Shown here: positions 1 through 13,281 of the stretch, in pieces | Numbering within the stretch: position 1 is the stretch's first letter | Layout: each line of letters starts with the position of its first letter | Source: Macrostomum lignano | Taxonomy: Eukaryota | Assembly (NCBI GenBank): GCA_002269645.1 | Contig: NIVC01001088.1 | Location: forward strand, 10,019-74,018 | DNA length: 64,000 nt | Reading direction: 5' to 3' | Position numbers and translations under genes: made by a program | Notes under the pieces: generated by a model | Told to the model about the DNA's origin: nothing | What the model saw: the letters and a program-made list of their open reading frames with translations, nothing else | Database searches by the model: none

Positions 1-3000
1 CACATTTTTGACGAAACACAGATGGAGAGAGAGAGGGGGGGAGCTGCATCAGGAATGGAGAAGCGAAAAATCGATTGTTAGTACGTTCCCTATTCGGGTC
101 AACCCCGTGCGCAGAAACTACCGAGTGTTCCTTCTGATGAAGGAAGGAATCTCCACTCTTCTATTCGTTGGTAAACGCTTCAGGCCGTATTTGCAATACG
201 CTTTTCAAAGCTATATATGGGTTAGCTCGTATCTTCCCATCGCTAAACAACTGACTGTGTGCCAGCACTGCACCAACGCCGCGATATTGGGTTATAGTTG
301 CCCACTGACAAAGCTTCAAGGAAAAAGCGCGCAGTGTGCAGCCATCTTGCCATTTGCAGTAGTCGCCCCCCCCCCATTCACTTCACGGTGTGCTGTCGAT
401 GGAAAAGGCCCAAAGCCGCACGAAATGCTTTGGAGTGGTTGGAGGACGGGCTTATGCACAACAGCTGCTCCTACAATATTAGCTGCAGCATGCACACACG
501 CATGTAGATAGATGTGCATGAACCGAAAATGGCGATGCAACAGTTTATGTTAGTATCGGTATCAGTTGCGGATGTGACTTGGAAGAAGGCTACGATCAGG
601 CCTCGCGTGCATATCATAGGTACATGTTGCATCGATTTTTCATTTCTTTACACTCGTATTTTTTTTGCCGGCCGCGGCAAGAATCCATGATGTACGCGCT
701 CGTAAAAAAATTAATAACAATAAAGTACATACAACTGCGGCGAAACAACTGCGGAGCATCACTATTTAGGAACTTCACTTTAATCTACATGCAAATGCAC
801 TGTATACCATAAAACCCTTGGCCTGCTGAAGCAATTCTACATGTACATGCACGGTTATTTATGCGTTCGATTATCTACATATTCCAATATATGACTGCAT
901 TTTGCCCTTGAAGCAAAAAAAGTACACACAGCTTAAACTTGACTAACCGTCAAAAAATACATGTATCTTTAGAAATTGCTCTGCCAAATACCCCATTAAT
1001 GATCGATTGTTGCTTAATTTGTTACGCTGGGACAGCTTGTGTACACATGTACATGCAGTACGCGCAATTTGCATACACACCCTGATACTACATGTAGGGA
1101 CAGCTGAAACAGGTTTAAATTGTGTCGTGTATAATATCTCTCTTACTTAGTCCATGTATTCGGTACGTTTTCTTCCTTTCCTAGGAAGGATATGTATAGG
1201 GGATATATCGAATTCCACCATCATTCATATTAAAAAAAATTGGGTTATAGGGGTCAGGAACCTTTGCTATCTGGACCAGTTATTATGGCTACGCGTAGGA
1301 AGATCAAGAGCATCAAAAAGGAATGACTAATTGAGAAGAGAAATATTATTCTGCTGCATACTTAACATTTTTGGCCGTAAAAAGCAAATTCCAATGGGGT
1401 AAATATTTGTTTAGTAATCCAAGTAAGTATGCCAGAGTTAAAATGATATTCCATTGTACTATATGGTTAGTCACCCAAAAGCTAGTAAATGACGCGAGAG
1501 TCAAAATTGCAGGCCGCTTTGAGCGTGCGTGCGCACGCATGCAAGAAAATAAAGCGGGCTGCGATAGCATCGATGACATCATGACTAACAATAGTATTTG
1601 ACTATTTTCTATAACAAAGTTTACTAAAATACAGTTAAATTTGTCCAAAGTAACTTCAAATCTATTATATCTGTCGATTATTTATAAGTCTAGTACAAAA
1701 TTGTTTTAACGTTACTAGCAGCTTCATAGAAAATAGACACATTTAATTTTAAGACGGAGATTGTGTTTTATAACAACAATTTTATCCTAAAACAAATTTG
1801 GCTGTTTTGCCATTGGTTGTTTTGCCACAAACTATTTTAACTATATACATTTTTCTGTAAACCAGACCATTTGGCCCACAAACTAGTTTAGGCCTAGCTA
1901 TACTCCTATAGACCTAGGGCTAGGTCTTGCCATAGCATAGGCTGTTTTGGCCATTATAAAACTCATTGACATTAGGCCTATATAATATACAAGAAAAAAT
2001 ATTATAATTATATATGTATAATTATTAAGCTTATCTTAGGCCTATATTATAGTCCTAAGTATGTAGGGCCTACCATGCATGCAATATTTTTTTGCTCTGC
2101 ATGCATATAGGAAAGTTAGACCAAATCTATCAAGTATGCACCAATGGACAAAGGGAAGGTTGCAAGTTTAAGCATTATGAGTTTGTGACAATATAATAAA
2201 GGATTTTTTTTGCATTTTGACTTTTTATATGAGTTATATGATTGAAATGCTTCCCGTTTTGCTACCCTAAATCCATAGTCAGGAAAGGGGCACAGTGTGC
2301 ACTAGAACAATTTTTTTGGGATGATCTGTGCACCATCTATGTGCCATTTGTGCGCCATCTGTGTGCCATATCTATGCCCTTATTTTATATAATTTATGTA
2401 ATTTACATAAATTATATAGGCCCTATTTTACAACAAATTAACAAAATTCTTAGAACTCATATAGACTCAATATGCTATACTAGTTTTATGCTAATAAAGA
2501 TTCTATTCTGATTCCTTATGCACCAAAGTTGTACATAGCATTGCATATGTCAGGGACCTTATGCACTGCAATTATGTGCCGCATGCGCTAGGGACCTCAG
2601 TGTGCCGTGTGTGCTATGATTGTACGCCACATGCGCCAGGGACCTCAGTGTACACCATGATTGTGCGCCAAATACACCAAGGACCCCTTGTGTGTGCTGG
2701 AATTTTCCATGGCAAAGGCCACCTTCCTGACTATGGCCTTAAATAAATATATTTCTTTGCTTTTCAGTTAGGCTATTAAATTAACAATGTAAATTAAAAT
2801 CAAATTTAAAAATCAATCAAAAATGATAGGCCTAAGTATCATGTCATGTTTTAAAAGTACTAAAAATTTTATATGTCGTAGCTACTAAATAGCTTTGACT
2901 ATAGGGCTATATTTGGCATGTATTTGCAATTTTTTATATATAGTACTAATATACAAAACATACCAAAAAACTTTGCTAACTCCTTAATGCATGCAATGCA

Positions 3001-3699
3001 GGCAGTACTAGATTGCCTAAAGTGGGACCTTATTGCATACAAGAATTTCCCCAAAAATAGCATATTTGGGAGTATAGGACCTATATTCTATACTCTAGAT
3101 CATGTTGAGTATAGGCCCCTACATTGGAATATACAACTAAAAAAACTGCACTATATACTAACTATATACTATGCTAAATAACTATATACCAAATAAATAC
3201 CTTGATTTTTATGCCTTGAAGTTATTTTACAAAAAATGAAACAAAGAATAATATTCTATCTTATTAAAAATTTTGAAACTACAAAAACAAAGCTTTTGTA
3301 AAGATTAAGCCTAAGCCTAACAATTAATTCAAAATTAATTAGAATCAAATATATTGCCAGAATGTTAATTATAATATATTATTTTTTTATTTAGCTCTAT
3401 GTAGTCTATTATGTATTTGTATATTCTAATTTGTAGAATTTATTTATGATAAAAAAATAAGGAGTCAATATAATTTAAAAAAAAATAGATTAGGCCTAAC
3501 AATATAAATTCATATGATATATTATAAACTATGTGTACCAAAATAAGTTTTCTATTTTTTCCTTACATGCTGTGTGCCAAGGCCAAAGCAGTTTTATTCT
3601 TTGACTTATGCCATATGCCAGCATTTAGAGATTTCATATCCAAAAACAATAACAACACAACAAAATATGTTGTTAGCCAGTCAGCAGAAAACATCACAA

Positions 3700-4447
3700 A
3701 GTGCATTTTAAGGCCTGGGTGCAAATGTCAGCCACACTGCCAGCAGTGTTTAGAGTGCTAGCATCAGCTAACAGGCAATCAATTAAATGCCAAGTATATG
3801 CCTATTCCCGCTAGTAAGGTACCTGCATGATTAGCAGCAGCACCTTCTGCACTGGCTATGGGCAGTACAACCTGGCTTGGATGAAATTGCCTGCTAGCTG
3901 GAATTGCCTATGGCACAACAGTTCATTGGGACAGGATATAGGCTAGTGTGGTGATAGAGTGCTACATTTGTGACTCACTCATAGCCAATCTTGAAGGCAA
4001 TGTGTAGCAGGCCAGTGTGTACTACATCAATCATCTGTTCAAGCAAATCCATCAGTGTCCAGGTCTTGGCATTGTACAACAGGATGGTCTCAATCACCAC
4101 CTGAACCAACACTGCCTCTGGCAGTAGGCAGGGCCTCAGACTGTAGGACAACCCTCATGGAACAGAAGGCAGCCTAGGCAAGTCCATGGCAACATCATAG
4201 GTCCTCGCAAATATCAGGTACCAGACTGCCAAGGTAGACAGACTGCTGACAACATGGAAGCTTCGTCACCTGTCCTGTTGGGAAGAAAATTGCAGCCTTG
4301 ATATTGTCTAGTGCACAAAGCACAATGGTCTTCTGCATGTTGACCACCAGGCCAATGCTTGCCACAATGCTCACTAGCTAGTGCAGCTGGCTTTGGGCAC
4401 CCTTGATGGTCAAGGACAGCAGTGCAAGATCATTGGCATTTGGTGCC
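3700..4447 (-). mobile_element. Decayed non-LTR retrotransposon RT C-terminal fragment (RTE/L2-like), heavily CpG-eroded
   Basis: Manual minus-strand translation gives NANDLALLSLTIKGAQSQLH*LVSIVASIGLVVNMQKT (YADD motif region, then GLxVNxxKT), VYLGSLV, and VIETILLYNAKTWTL, which are typical LINE RT motifs. In-frame stops are present. Only 3 CpG in about 730 nt. Confidence 0.75.
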
Positions 4448-5909
4448 TTTTTGGTTGGCATCAATATCCCAAAAACAAACTTTAAAAATCTGTTTATAAC
4501 TTATACTATCAATGTTATTCCCAGACTCAATCACTTGCAATGGCTTTGTTTTCATTCAAATTGAATTAAACTTAAGCTTAAACTTTGAGCAAACTTTCAT
4601 GTTTATAATAAAATGAATGATTGTTGTAAAAGTGACTATAATTTAATTTTTTTACATAATTTTATTGTTAATATTAGGCCTATTTCTATACTGAATATGC
4701 CAAATATACCAAGTATGCTAGAAAAAAGCTATTTATACCAGAAAATTCAATGAAATCTACTGCCTTCCTGATTATATCATTTATAAACTATACTATATAT
4801 TTTGATTTATATTCATTTTGAATCAAGTTGATTAAAGAAGTTATTATGTAGTCAATTTCTTAGTTAGTCAAAACTTAGTTAAAAATATATAATGAGAAAA
4901 GGCTATAAAAGTAACTATTCATATTTATGATTTATGACTAAATTTGTTTTAGGGGCAAAGTAGTCTAGGAAAAGTCTATGATAAAATGGTTTAAGGTAAA
5001 CAACTAATTACTTTTGTTTTATAATATGATGCATTTACTAGGCTAGAGGCTTATGAATATTGCATAAAAGAAGGGTAGTAAAACAAATGTTTTTGTTTTG
5101 GCTTAGCTTTTATTTAAGAACTAAAACTATAATGTCTATCTATTATAAAGGACCTAATGAATCTATTATTTTTCAATTGATAAACTATATAATTTGATAA
5201 TCAACTGCCCTATTGAAATAAGTGGACAAAAGGCATCTGACAAGGTAAAAATTACTGTTTGAAGCTAAAATTATTGATATATTGAAATATATTGGATACT
5301 ATTTTCCATTTATACCATTTAAAACTAAAGACAATATATTTTATAGAGAAAAGATAAAGCTTGATTGATCCTTGCAAATAAACTGAATACTCTATTTGTT
5401 TAGGCCTTAGCTAATAAAAATGCAAAATAATCTATAGTAAATACCAATTTAATCAATAAGTTATTTATGCAATTATTGATATTTAAGAAATTGAAATTAG
5501 AAACAAAACAAGATCCAAGTAGACCTGTAGTATTAATCTATTTAGAGTATAGAAATATATACAAGTAAGAAGGTTTTTATATCTAATTATGTTAGGCCTC
5601 ATATGGCCAGGTTAATCCCTAGGTTGTGCCTAAGCATGTTAGGCCTATGCCTAAAAGTGAAGAAAAATAAAAAAAGAGTAATGAACTTATAAGTAATTAA
5701 AAAACAAACAAATCAAAAGAGAGCCTTATGATGATTGATGAGGCTAATAGGAAATAAGATTTAAATTGCATGCTAAGCAAAGCTATGTTGTCACAAAATG
5801 TTGATTGATTGATTGTCATTGATCTATAAAACTATTTTTTAAAGAAACTTCATTTTACTTTGCATCAATGCACATTCCAATGCTTATTATTTCATGCCAA
5901 TCAGTTGCT

Positions 5910-7726
5910 ATGGTGAAGGCTATGTTTGAGTTTTTGTCCTCGCTGGACTTGACAGTTATTAACAAGATTTACAGCAATTCTTACACAGTTACAAGTTTGT
6001 TCAGGTATGGTAATTGTATTCATTTTTTTGTAAAAAAAATTGCAGTTTATAAAATACTGTTTATTAATTGGCATTTTTAGTGAGCTCCCAACGCTAGGCA
6101 AGCACCTGCTTGTCCGACTGCTTTTTATTCCATCTGTAATACCCAAGAAAGTGGTATTGGCCTGGTTTACTAAAGAGGCCCAGCAGTCTGAACTGCCGGA
6201 GGCTTTAAAAGTGCTTGAACGGCTTAGAATATTGGAATCAGTTGACGCTGCTGGTGGGATGGCCAGTTATCGGATAAAACCAGAATTTCAGGTCAGTTCT
6301 ACTAAAGCTTACTTAGTTGCTTACTTACCAAATTTACCAAATTTAATGACTCGTCACAGAGATCTTTGTAGCTGGCGCCTCAACTGTAGCTGGCGCCTCA
6401 TCTCTGTAGCTGGGGCCTCATCTCTGTAGCTGGCGCCTCATCTGTAGCTGGCGCCTCTTCTGTAGCTGGCGCCTCATCTCTGTAGCTGGCGCCTCGTCTG
6501 TAGCTGGCGTCTCATCTGTAGCTTGCGCCTCATCTGTAGCTGGCGCATCATCTCTGTAGCTGGCGCCTCATCTCTGTAGCTTGCGCCTCATCTGTAGCTG
6601 GCATCTCATCTCTGTAGCTTGCGCCTCATCTGTAGCTGGCGCCTCATCTGTAGCTGGCGCCTCATCTGTAGCTGGCGCCTCATCTCTGTAGCTGGCGCCT
6701 CATCTCTGTAGCTTGCGCCTCATCTGTAGCTGGCGCCTCATCTGTAGCTGGCGCGTCATCTCTGTAGCTGGCGCCTCATCTCTGTAGCTTGCGCCTCATC
6801 TGTAGCTGGCGCCTCTTCTGTAGCTGCCACCACCCCCTGACCCCCTCTGTAGCTGGCGCCTCATCTCTGTAGCTGGCGCCTCATCTGTAGCTGGCGCCTC
6901 TTCTGTAGCTGGCGCCTCATCTCTGTAGCTTGCGCCTCATCTGTAGCTGCCGCCTCTTCTGTAGCGGGCGCCTCATCTCTGTAGCTTGCGCCTCATCTGT
7001 AGCTGGCGCCTCATCTGTAGCTGGCGCCTCATCTGTAGCTGGCGCCTCATCTCTGTAGCTTGCGCCTCATCTGTAGCTGGCGCCTCATCTGTAGCTGGCG
7101 CCTCATCTCTGTAGCTTGCGCCTCATCTGTAGCTGCCGCCTCCTCCGCCACCCCCTCTGTAGCTGGCGCCTTTTCTTTAGCAAAATCTGTAGCATCTGTA
7201 TTTACTTTCTAATAAATGAACTATACGCCTCCGTCTGACAAAAAACAGGCTGTACTTTCTAAACAAATTCTCTCAAACTATCCCAGGAGAGCCTCCGTCG
7301 CGGACTGCAAGGCGGCGGCCAGGCCTGGTACGAAACCGGCTCAGTAGATTCGGCTGGCAGTGACAAAGGAGGTCGCAGCATCGAACAGTTGGACCAGTTC
7401 GCCAAAGAGCACTGGGACTCTCTGCTGCAGTTCATGGTGAACTCGCGCGAACTTGAACGGGGAAAAGTTAGCAAAGCTGTTGAACAGCTCCTAGTGGACT
7501 CCGGACTGTGCGTGCCCGGCGGTGGCGGCGGCGGCGGAAGTCGCGGCAGCGGCAGCGATGAAGATGACGACGAGGATGACGACGGCGAGGGCGGCGGCGG
7601 CGGTGGCTTCACAGTCGGCGAAAGCGGCTTCCGGTTCCTGCTTTTGGATCAGGCCACTCAGGTGGGTGTCTGTCTGTCTGTCTGTCTGTCTTTCTGCCTG
7701 CCTGTCTGTTTTTCTGTCTGTCTGCC

Positions 7727-7787
<61 letters not shown>

Positions 7788-7822
7788 TTCTGCCTGCCTG
7801 TCTGTTTTTCTGTCTGTCTGCC

Positions 7823-7867
<45 letters not shown>

Positions 7868-7880
7868 TTCTGCCTGCCTA

Positions 7881-7943
<63 letters not shown>

Positions 7944-7978
7944 TTCTGCCTGCCTGTCTGTTTTTCTGTCTGTCTGCC

Positions 7979-8027
<49 letters not shown>

Positions 8028-8062
8028 TTCTGCCTGCCTGTCTGTTTTTCTGTCTGTCTGCC

Positions 8063-8103
<41 letters not shown>

Positions 8104-8114
8104 TTCTGCCTGCC

Positions 8115-8187
<73 letters not shown>

Positions 8188-8222
8188 TTCTGCCTGCCTG
8201 TCTGTTTTTCTGTCTGTCTGCC

Positions 8223-8259
<37 letters not shown>

Positions 8260-10813
8260 GCCTGCCTGTCTGTCTGCCTGCCTGTCTGTCTGTCTGTCTG
8301 TCTGCCTGTCTGTCTGTTTCCCTCTATATCAATCTGACATCTGCCTTTTTTGTGCTAATTCAGCTTTATGCCCTACCTGTCAATACCAGTGGCTTTCCTC
8401 GTCAGCTAACCAGACGCTTCGAATGTGACTCGAACCCACCCTGTACCCTCGCTCGAACCGCAGGTGCAAACCATAGTAGTACATTTTCTACGCGCAGTGC
8501 AAAAAGGCTCGGGCAAGATGGCAGGCATTGACCTGTCCGAAGCCATCAACCTGTTGTTCCAGCTGAGCTCGGCCACCCTGGGCCGCAGCTATCCAACAGC
8601 CTGCCTGCCCAGTCCCAGCCAGCAGTCCTGCCTGCGGCACTGCCGCGCTCTCGGCCTGGTGTATTGGCGCAAACGCTATCCGGGCAGATTCTACCCGACT
8701 AGGCTGGCTACCAGAGCCACTTCCGGTCGGCTGGGACTGGCCGATTCTACCGGAAGTGCTGACGGTAGCGGCGGTGGTGACGGAGGTTATCTAATTGTTG
8801 AGACAAACTTCCGGGTGTTCGCATTTACTAATTCTCCACTTCAGGTGTGTGTAGGATTTGTTTAATCTTTTTCTAATATTAATAAACCAGTGCCATTGTT
8901 ATGGACAACAATAAACAGATTGACGCTGAACTCTCTGAGAATCTAGTGAATTATCTAGCTAATGATGTAGCTAATGATGTAGCTAGTGATCTAGTTAATG
9001 ATCTAGTACTTCGGGTGTGTCATAAGTAATGTCACTGATGTGAAAACAGACGAACTTGCAATCGCAGATGAACAAAACTGTACCACTCAACAACATAGAG
9101 TCCCCCAATATCAATCACCCTCTGGCAGTGCTCATACAGCTTGTCCACCTCAGCCTGCAGGTGTTTTTCCTCCAACTGCCATAACCAGTGCAACGCAGCC
9201 TGTTTTACCTCTTCATGGTTTGCGAAACTCTTCTTGGAAAAGTCAGCCTTCAGCCATTTGAACAGGAATCTCTTGCAAAAGTTGAAGTCTGGGCTGTAGG
9301 GACTGTCAGAGAATATTCACTTGCTGTGCAGGCAGAAAATTCGAAACAGCCTTCAGGTGTGCAGCCGTGCGGTGTCCATCTGCCACAGAACCTCGTCCAG
9401 GTGACATGGATTTGACCGGAGAGTGCACCAGAGGTCCCCAGTGTGCCGGAAAAAGTCGATAAAGTACTGGCCATCGACCTTGGTGTTCGGTGGAGTTGTG
9501 CAGATGGAGACTCGTTTGTTTGGCGTGAAGGCTACCAGCAGCATGATCTTCTTGTCCGAGATGGACTTCCTAGTCACCATCGGCCTGAAGTCCCCAGCTC
9601 CCAACCAGCAGCGATTGTCTGCCTTGCTGCCCTTGCCATCCAGGTGGAGCCAGCTTTCATCCTCAGCAACCAGGCAGTTTAGGATGTCATTCAAGCCCCG
9701 GCTGCTAAACACCTTGCGGATCTGCTTGGTGCAGGCGTCTTGTCGAGATTCATGATGATTTTTGTTCGCTGCATGGACAATTTTTCATCGCGTTGCACTT
9801 GCTAAATCTGCTTGGCGTATTCTTGCGATACCTTGGGCCATAAACACCTATGCATGTCTCAAATGCACTGCTATTGCTTCACTAAGTATACTTTGCAGCT
9901 ACACTACCCACAAGTTCATGTGCCTACATATTTTAGACAGAGGCCTGCAGTGACATTATTTATGACACACCCGAAGTAAATGATGTGAATTATCTAGATA
10001 ATGATCTAGTAAATGATCTAGTGAATGATCTAGCTATTGATCCAGTTAATGATCTAGTAAATGATTCAGCTAATGATATAGTGAATATCTAGTAAATGAT
10101 CTAACTAATGATCTAGCTAATGATCTAGGGAATTATCTAGTAAATGATCTAGCTAATCATCTAGCTAATGATCCAGCTAATGGTCTAGCTAATGATATAG
10201 CTAAAGATCCAGTTAATGATCTAGCTAAGGATCCAGCTAATGGTCTAGCTAATGATCTAGCTAAGGATCCAGCTTAAAAGTCGAAATCCACTTGTTGACA
10301 TGTTTGCACAATTTGTCAAAGTTGCAGTTATTTAATTTTACGAGTACAATACGACGTAAAATGCCTCTGTCACTGCAGGTAGCTCTGGTTGCCCTATTCA
10401 CCCAGCCGCTGTACCGATTTCCCAATCTATTCTGCGGTCACATCACCCGCCAGAGCGTGGCTGACGCCCTGTCTCACGGCATCACGGCTAGGCAACTGCT
10501 GTCTTTTATGACCGCCAGCGCGCACCCGCAGCTGCGGCAGAGACAGCTGCCAACCGTGCTACCGCCCACAGTGTGCGACCAGATGTTGCTATGGGAACGC
10601 GAGCGCAATCGGTTCACTTTCACTGACAGCGTTCTGTACGAAAAGTTTGCTAATAAACGCGATTATCAAGCGGTGAAGTCGTACGCGTCCGATTGCGGCG
10701 TGCTGTTGCATAGCGTTGATGATCGAATGATTCTGGTGGTTACCAATGCCGGCCACGACGATATCTGCCGATTCTATAAGCGCTACAAGCAGGAGTCCAC
10801 CAGGGGGAACTGA
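5910..10813 (+). CDS. GTF2H4: TFIIH core subunit p52 (Tfb2). Exons 5910-6004, 6081-6291, 7287-7661, 8464-8844, 10379-10813; about 498 aa
   Basis: All introns are GT-AG with matching phases. Motifs follow p52 along its whole length: FEFLSSLD..INKIY, FSELPTLGKHLLVRLLF, LDQFAKEHWDSLLQFMV, GFRFLLLD, LLFQLSSATLGRSY, RFYPTRLA, GYLIVETNFRVFAFTNSPLQVALVALF, YRFPN, GITARQ, LPPTVCDQMLLWERERNRF. Confidence 0.94.
6366..7170. repeat. 18/20-bp minisatellite TGTAGCTGGCGCCTCATC(TC) in GTF2H4 intron 2
   Basis: About 40 tandem units visible directly. Confidence 0.95.
7666..8316. repeat. (TGTC)n microsatellite with TGCC/TTTC variants in GTF2H4 intron 3
   Basis: Visible directly; accounts for the VCLS-repeat ORFs. 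Confidence 0.97.
8945..10275. repeat. About 12-bp minisatellite AATGATCTAGCT/AATGATCTAGTA, split by the mariner insertion
   Basis: Units seen at 8945-9008 and 9977-10275. Confidence 0.9.
9009..9976 (-). mobile_element. Defective mariner (Tc1/mariner, DD34D-type) DNA transposon, 968 bp
   Basis: 29-bp TIRs CTTCGGGTGTGTCATAAGTAATGTCACTG (9009-9037) and its reverse complement at 9948-9976 (1 mismatch). TA on both sides (9007-8, 9977-8). Transposase motifs LVAEDESW, WQMDTARLH, PYSPDFN..FLFKWLK, CQRVIDIGGLYV, with frameshifts and stops. Confidence 0.93.
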
Positions 10814-10944
10814 AGCTTTGCCTTACTCTCTTTGTTTGGGATTTCTTCGAATCAGGAATGATCCCCGAAGATTCTGTGATTGTTCTACTGAAACCTCGCA
10901 AATTTTAGAAAAATCGTTATGGATTTCCGCCACGTCTTTAAACG

Positions 10945-11510
10945 GGATTGCCCCGAATCCTAAGGGATTCCCCCGAGTTCCCAATTATCCTAATAGATTG
11001 CCCTAAATCCTAAGGGATTCCCCCGAGTTCCCAATTATCCCAATAGATTGCCCTAAATCCTAAGGGATTCCCCAGAATTCCCAAGAATCCTAATGGATTG
11101 CCCCGAATCCTAAGGGATTCCCCCGAATCCTAAGGGATTCCCCCGAATCCTAAGGGATTCCCCCGAATCCTAAGGGATTCCCCGAATCCTAAGGGATTCC
11201 CCGAATCCTAAGGGATTCCCCGAATCCTAAGGGATTCCCCGAATCCTAAGGGATTCCCCCGAATCCTAAGGAATTCCCCCGAATCCTAAGGGATTCCCCC
11301 GAATCCTAAGGGATTCCCCCGAATCCTAAGGGAGTTCCCCGAATCCTAAGGGATTCCCCCGAATCCTAAGGGATTCCCCCGAATCCTAAGGGATTCCCCC
11401 GAATCCTAAGGGATTCCCCCGAATTCTAAGGGATTCCCCCGAATCCTAAGGGATTCCCCGAATCCTAAGGGATTCCCCCGAATCCTAAGGGATTCCCCCG
11501 AATCCTTAGG
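10945..11510. repeat. 19-21-bp minisatellite CCCGAATCCTAAGGGATTCC, each unit containing a GAATCC-TAAG-GGATTC hairpin
   Basis: Tandem units directly 3' of the GTF2H4 stop codon. Confidence 0.93.
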
Positions 11511-12246
11511 GTCTCCCTGGATAAAGAGTTAAATGTTTTTTCGTTTCATGCGTCTAACTAATTAAATGCATCCAATAGATGAAAAAATTCAAGCATTTAT
11601 TTTTTGTAAAAAACTGATAATATTACACAATTTATTATCAGTAATACTGTACTAATAAATGTATTACTGCTTATAATACTAAAACTGTTATTATAAAAAT
11701 ATATCATAAGTAGAGATCTTCGTCTGCATAATTTTATGACTATACTTTTTTATAACTATTTATTTTAGTTAGGGAATTTTTTCCAATTAGTACTGCTTCA
11801 GAAAGTATAGTCTAAAAATAGTAATATCCTTAAATGGCAGTAGATATTTAGCGAGCGGCTGAGTTGCATATTTGAAGTTTTTCTATTCTTTATTAAGTCT
11901 TTTAGTGTGTGCGTTTGTGGTGGGTGTGCAGTTTTTTTGGCACTGGGCCAACAACACTAGATTGCATTAGAGTTTGCTTGTTGAGTGGACCAGTCGTTCT
12001 CACGCACTTTCTCTCTGTGTGTATGTGTTATTCTCTCTCTAAAGGCCCTTTTTTCTCTCCTCTTTGGGTCATTAGGTATTACTCTGCTTTTGTATCATGC
12101 AAGCTCTTATTTGCACTCTTCTTTATCTGTTTAGCATTTGTACTGCAGATTGGTTGAGTTTAGTAATCGATATTGGAGCAATTAGTACTTGTTAGTCTTA
12201 GTGAGGGTAGGGTGTCTTATTCTGGATTTTTGCTCTTGTGTAATGA

Positions 12247-13190
12247 CGTTTCTTTTACTGTAGTTGTGTAATATCAGTTTGTTAATGATTGTAGAATATC
12301 AGATTACTGTAGTTGTGTAATATCAGATTACTGTAGTTGTGTAATATCAGGTTACTGTAGTTGTGTAATATCACATTACTGTAGTTGTGTAATATCAGTT
12401 TGTTAATGATTGTAGAATATCAGATTACTGTAGTTGTGTAATATCAGGTTACTGTAGTTGTGTAATATCAGGTTACTGTAGTTGTGTAATATCAGGTTAC
12501 TGTAGTTGTGTAATATCAGGTTACTGTAGTTGTGTAATATCAGATTACTGTAGTTGTGTAATATCAGGTTACTGTAGTTGTGTAATATCACATTACTGTA
12601 GTTGTGTAATATCAGATTACTGTAGTTGTGTAATATCAGATTACTGTAGTTGTGTAATATCACATTACTGTAGTTGTGTAATATCAGATTACTGTAGTTG
12701 TGTAATATCACATTACTGTAGTTGTGTAATATCAGATTACTGTAGTTGTGTAATATCACATTACTGTAGTTGTGTAATATCAGATTACTGTAGTTGTGTA
12801 ATATCACATTACTGTAGTTGTGTAATATCAGATTACTGTAGTTGTGTAATATCACATTACTGTAGTTGTGTAATATCAGATTACTGTAGTTGTGTAATAT
12901 CACATTACTGTAGTTGTGTAATATCACATTACTGTAGTTGTGTAATATCACATTACTGTAGTTGTGTAATATCAGATTACTGTAGTTGTGTAATATCACA
13001 TTACTGTAGTTGTGTAATATCAGATTACTGTAGTTGTGTAATATCACATTACTGTAGTTGTGTAATATCAGATTACTGTAGTTGTGTAATATCACATTAC
13101 TGTAGTTGTGTAATATCACATTACTGTAGTTGTGTAATATCACATTACTGTAGTTGTGTAATATCAGGTTACTGTAGTTGTGTAATATCA
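12247..13190. repeat. 24-bp minisatellite CAGATTACTGTAGTTGTGTAATAT, about 39 units
   Basis: Visible directly; accounts for the ILHNYSN-repeat ORF. Confidence 0.96.
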
Positions 13191-13281
13191 GGGCAGAACT
13201 GCCATCAGCTCTGGATGCAGATGCACCAGGGTAACTGCATCTCCACCTCCATCTGTTTCAGCTTCCGCAATAAAACAAAGC

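Noticed and set aside
8-511. ORF with RRNY..KEG..KRFRPYL, faintly like Ty3/Gypsy RNase H
   Set aside because: Only a short motif; the flanking residues do not continue the domain and no other pol motifs were found.
7389-8428. Long VCLS/SVCL ORFs (also 19914-20649)
   Set aside because: Translations of (TGTC)n inside introns or intergenic DNA.
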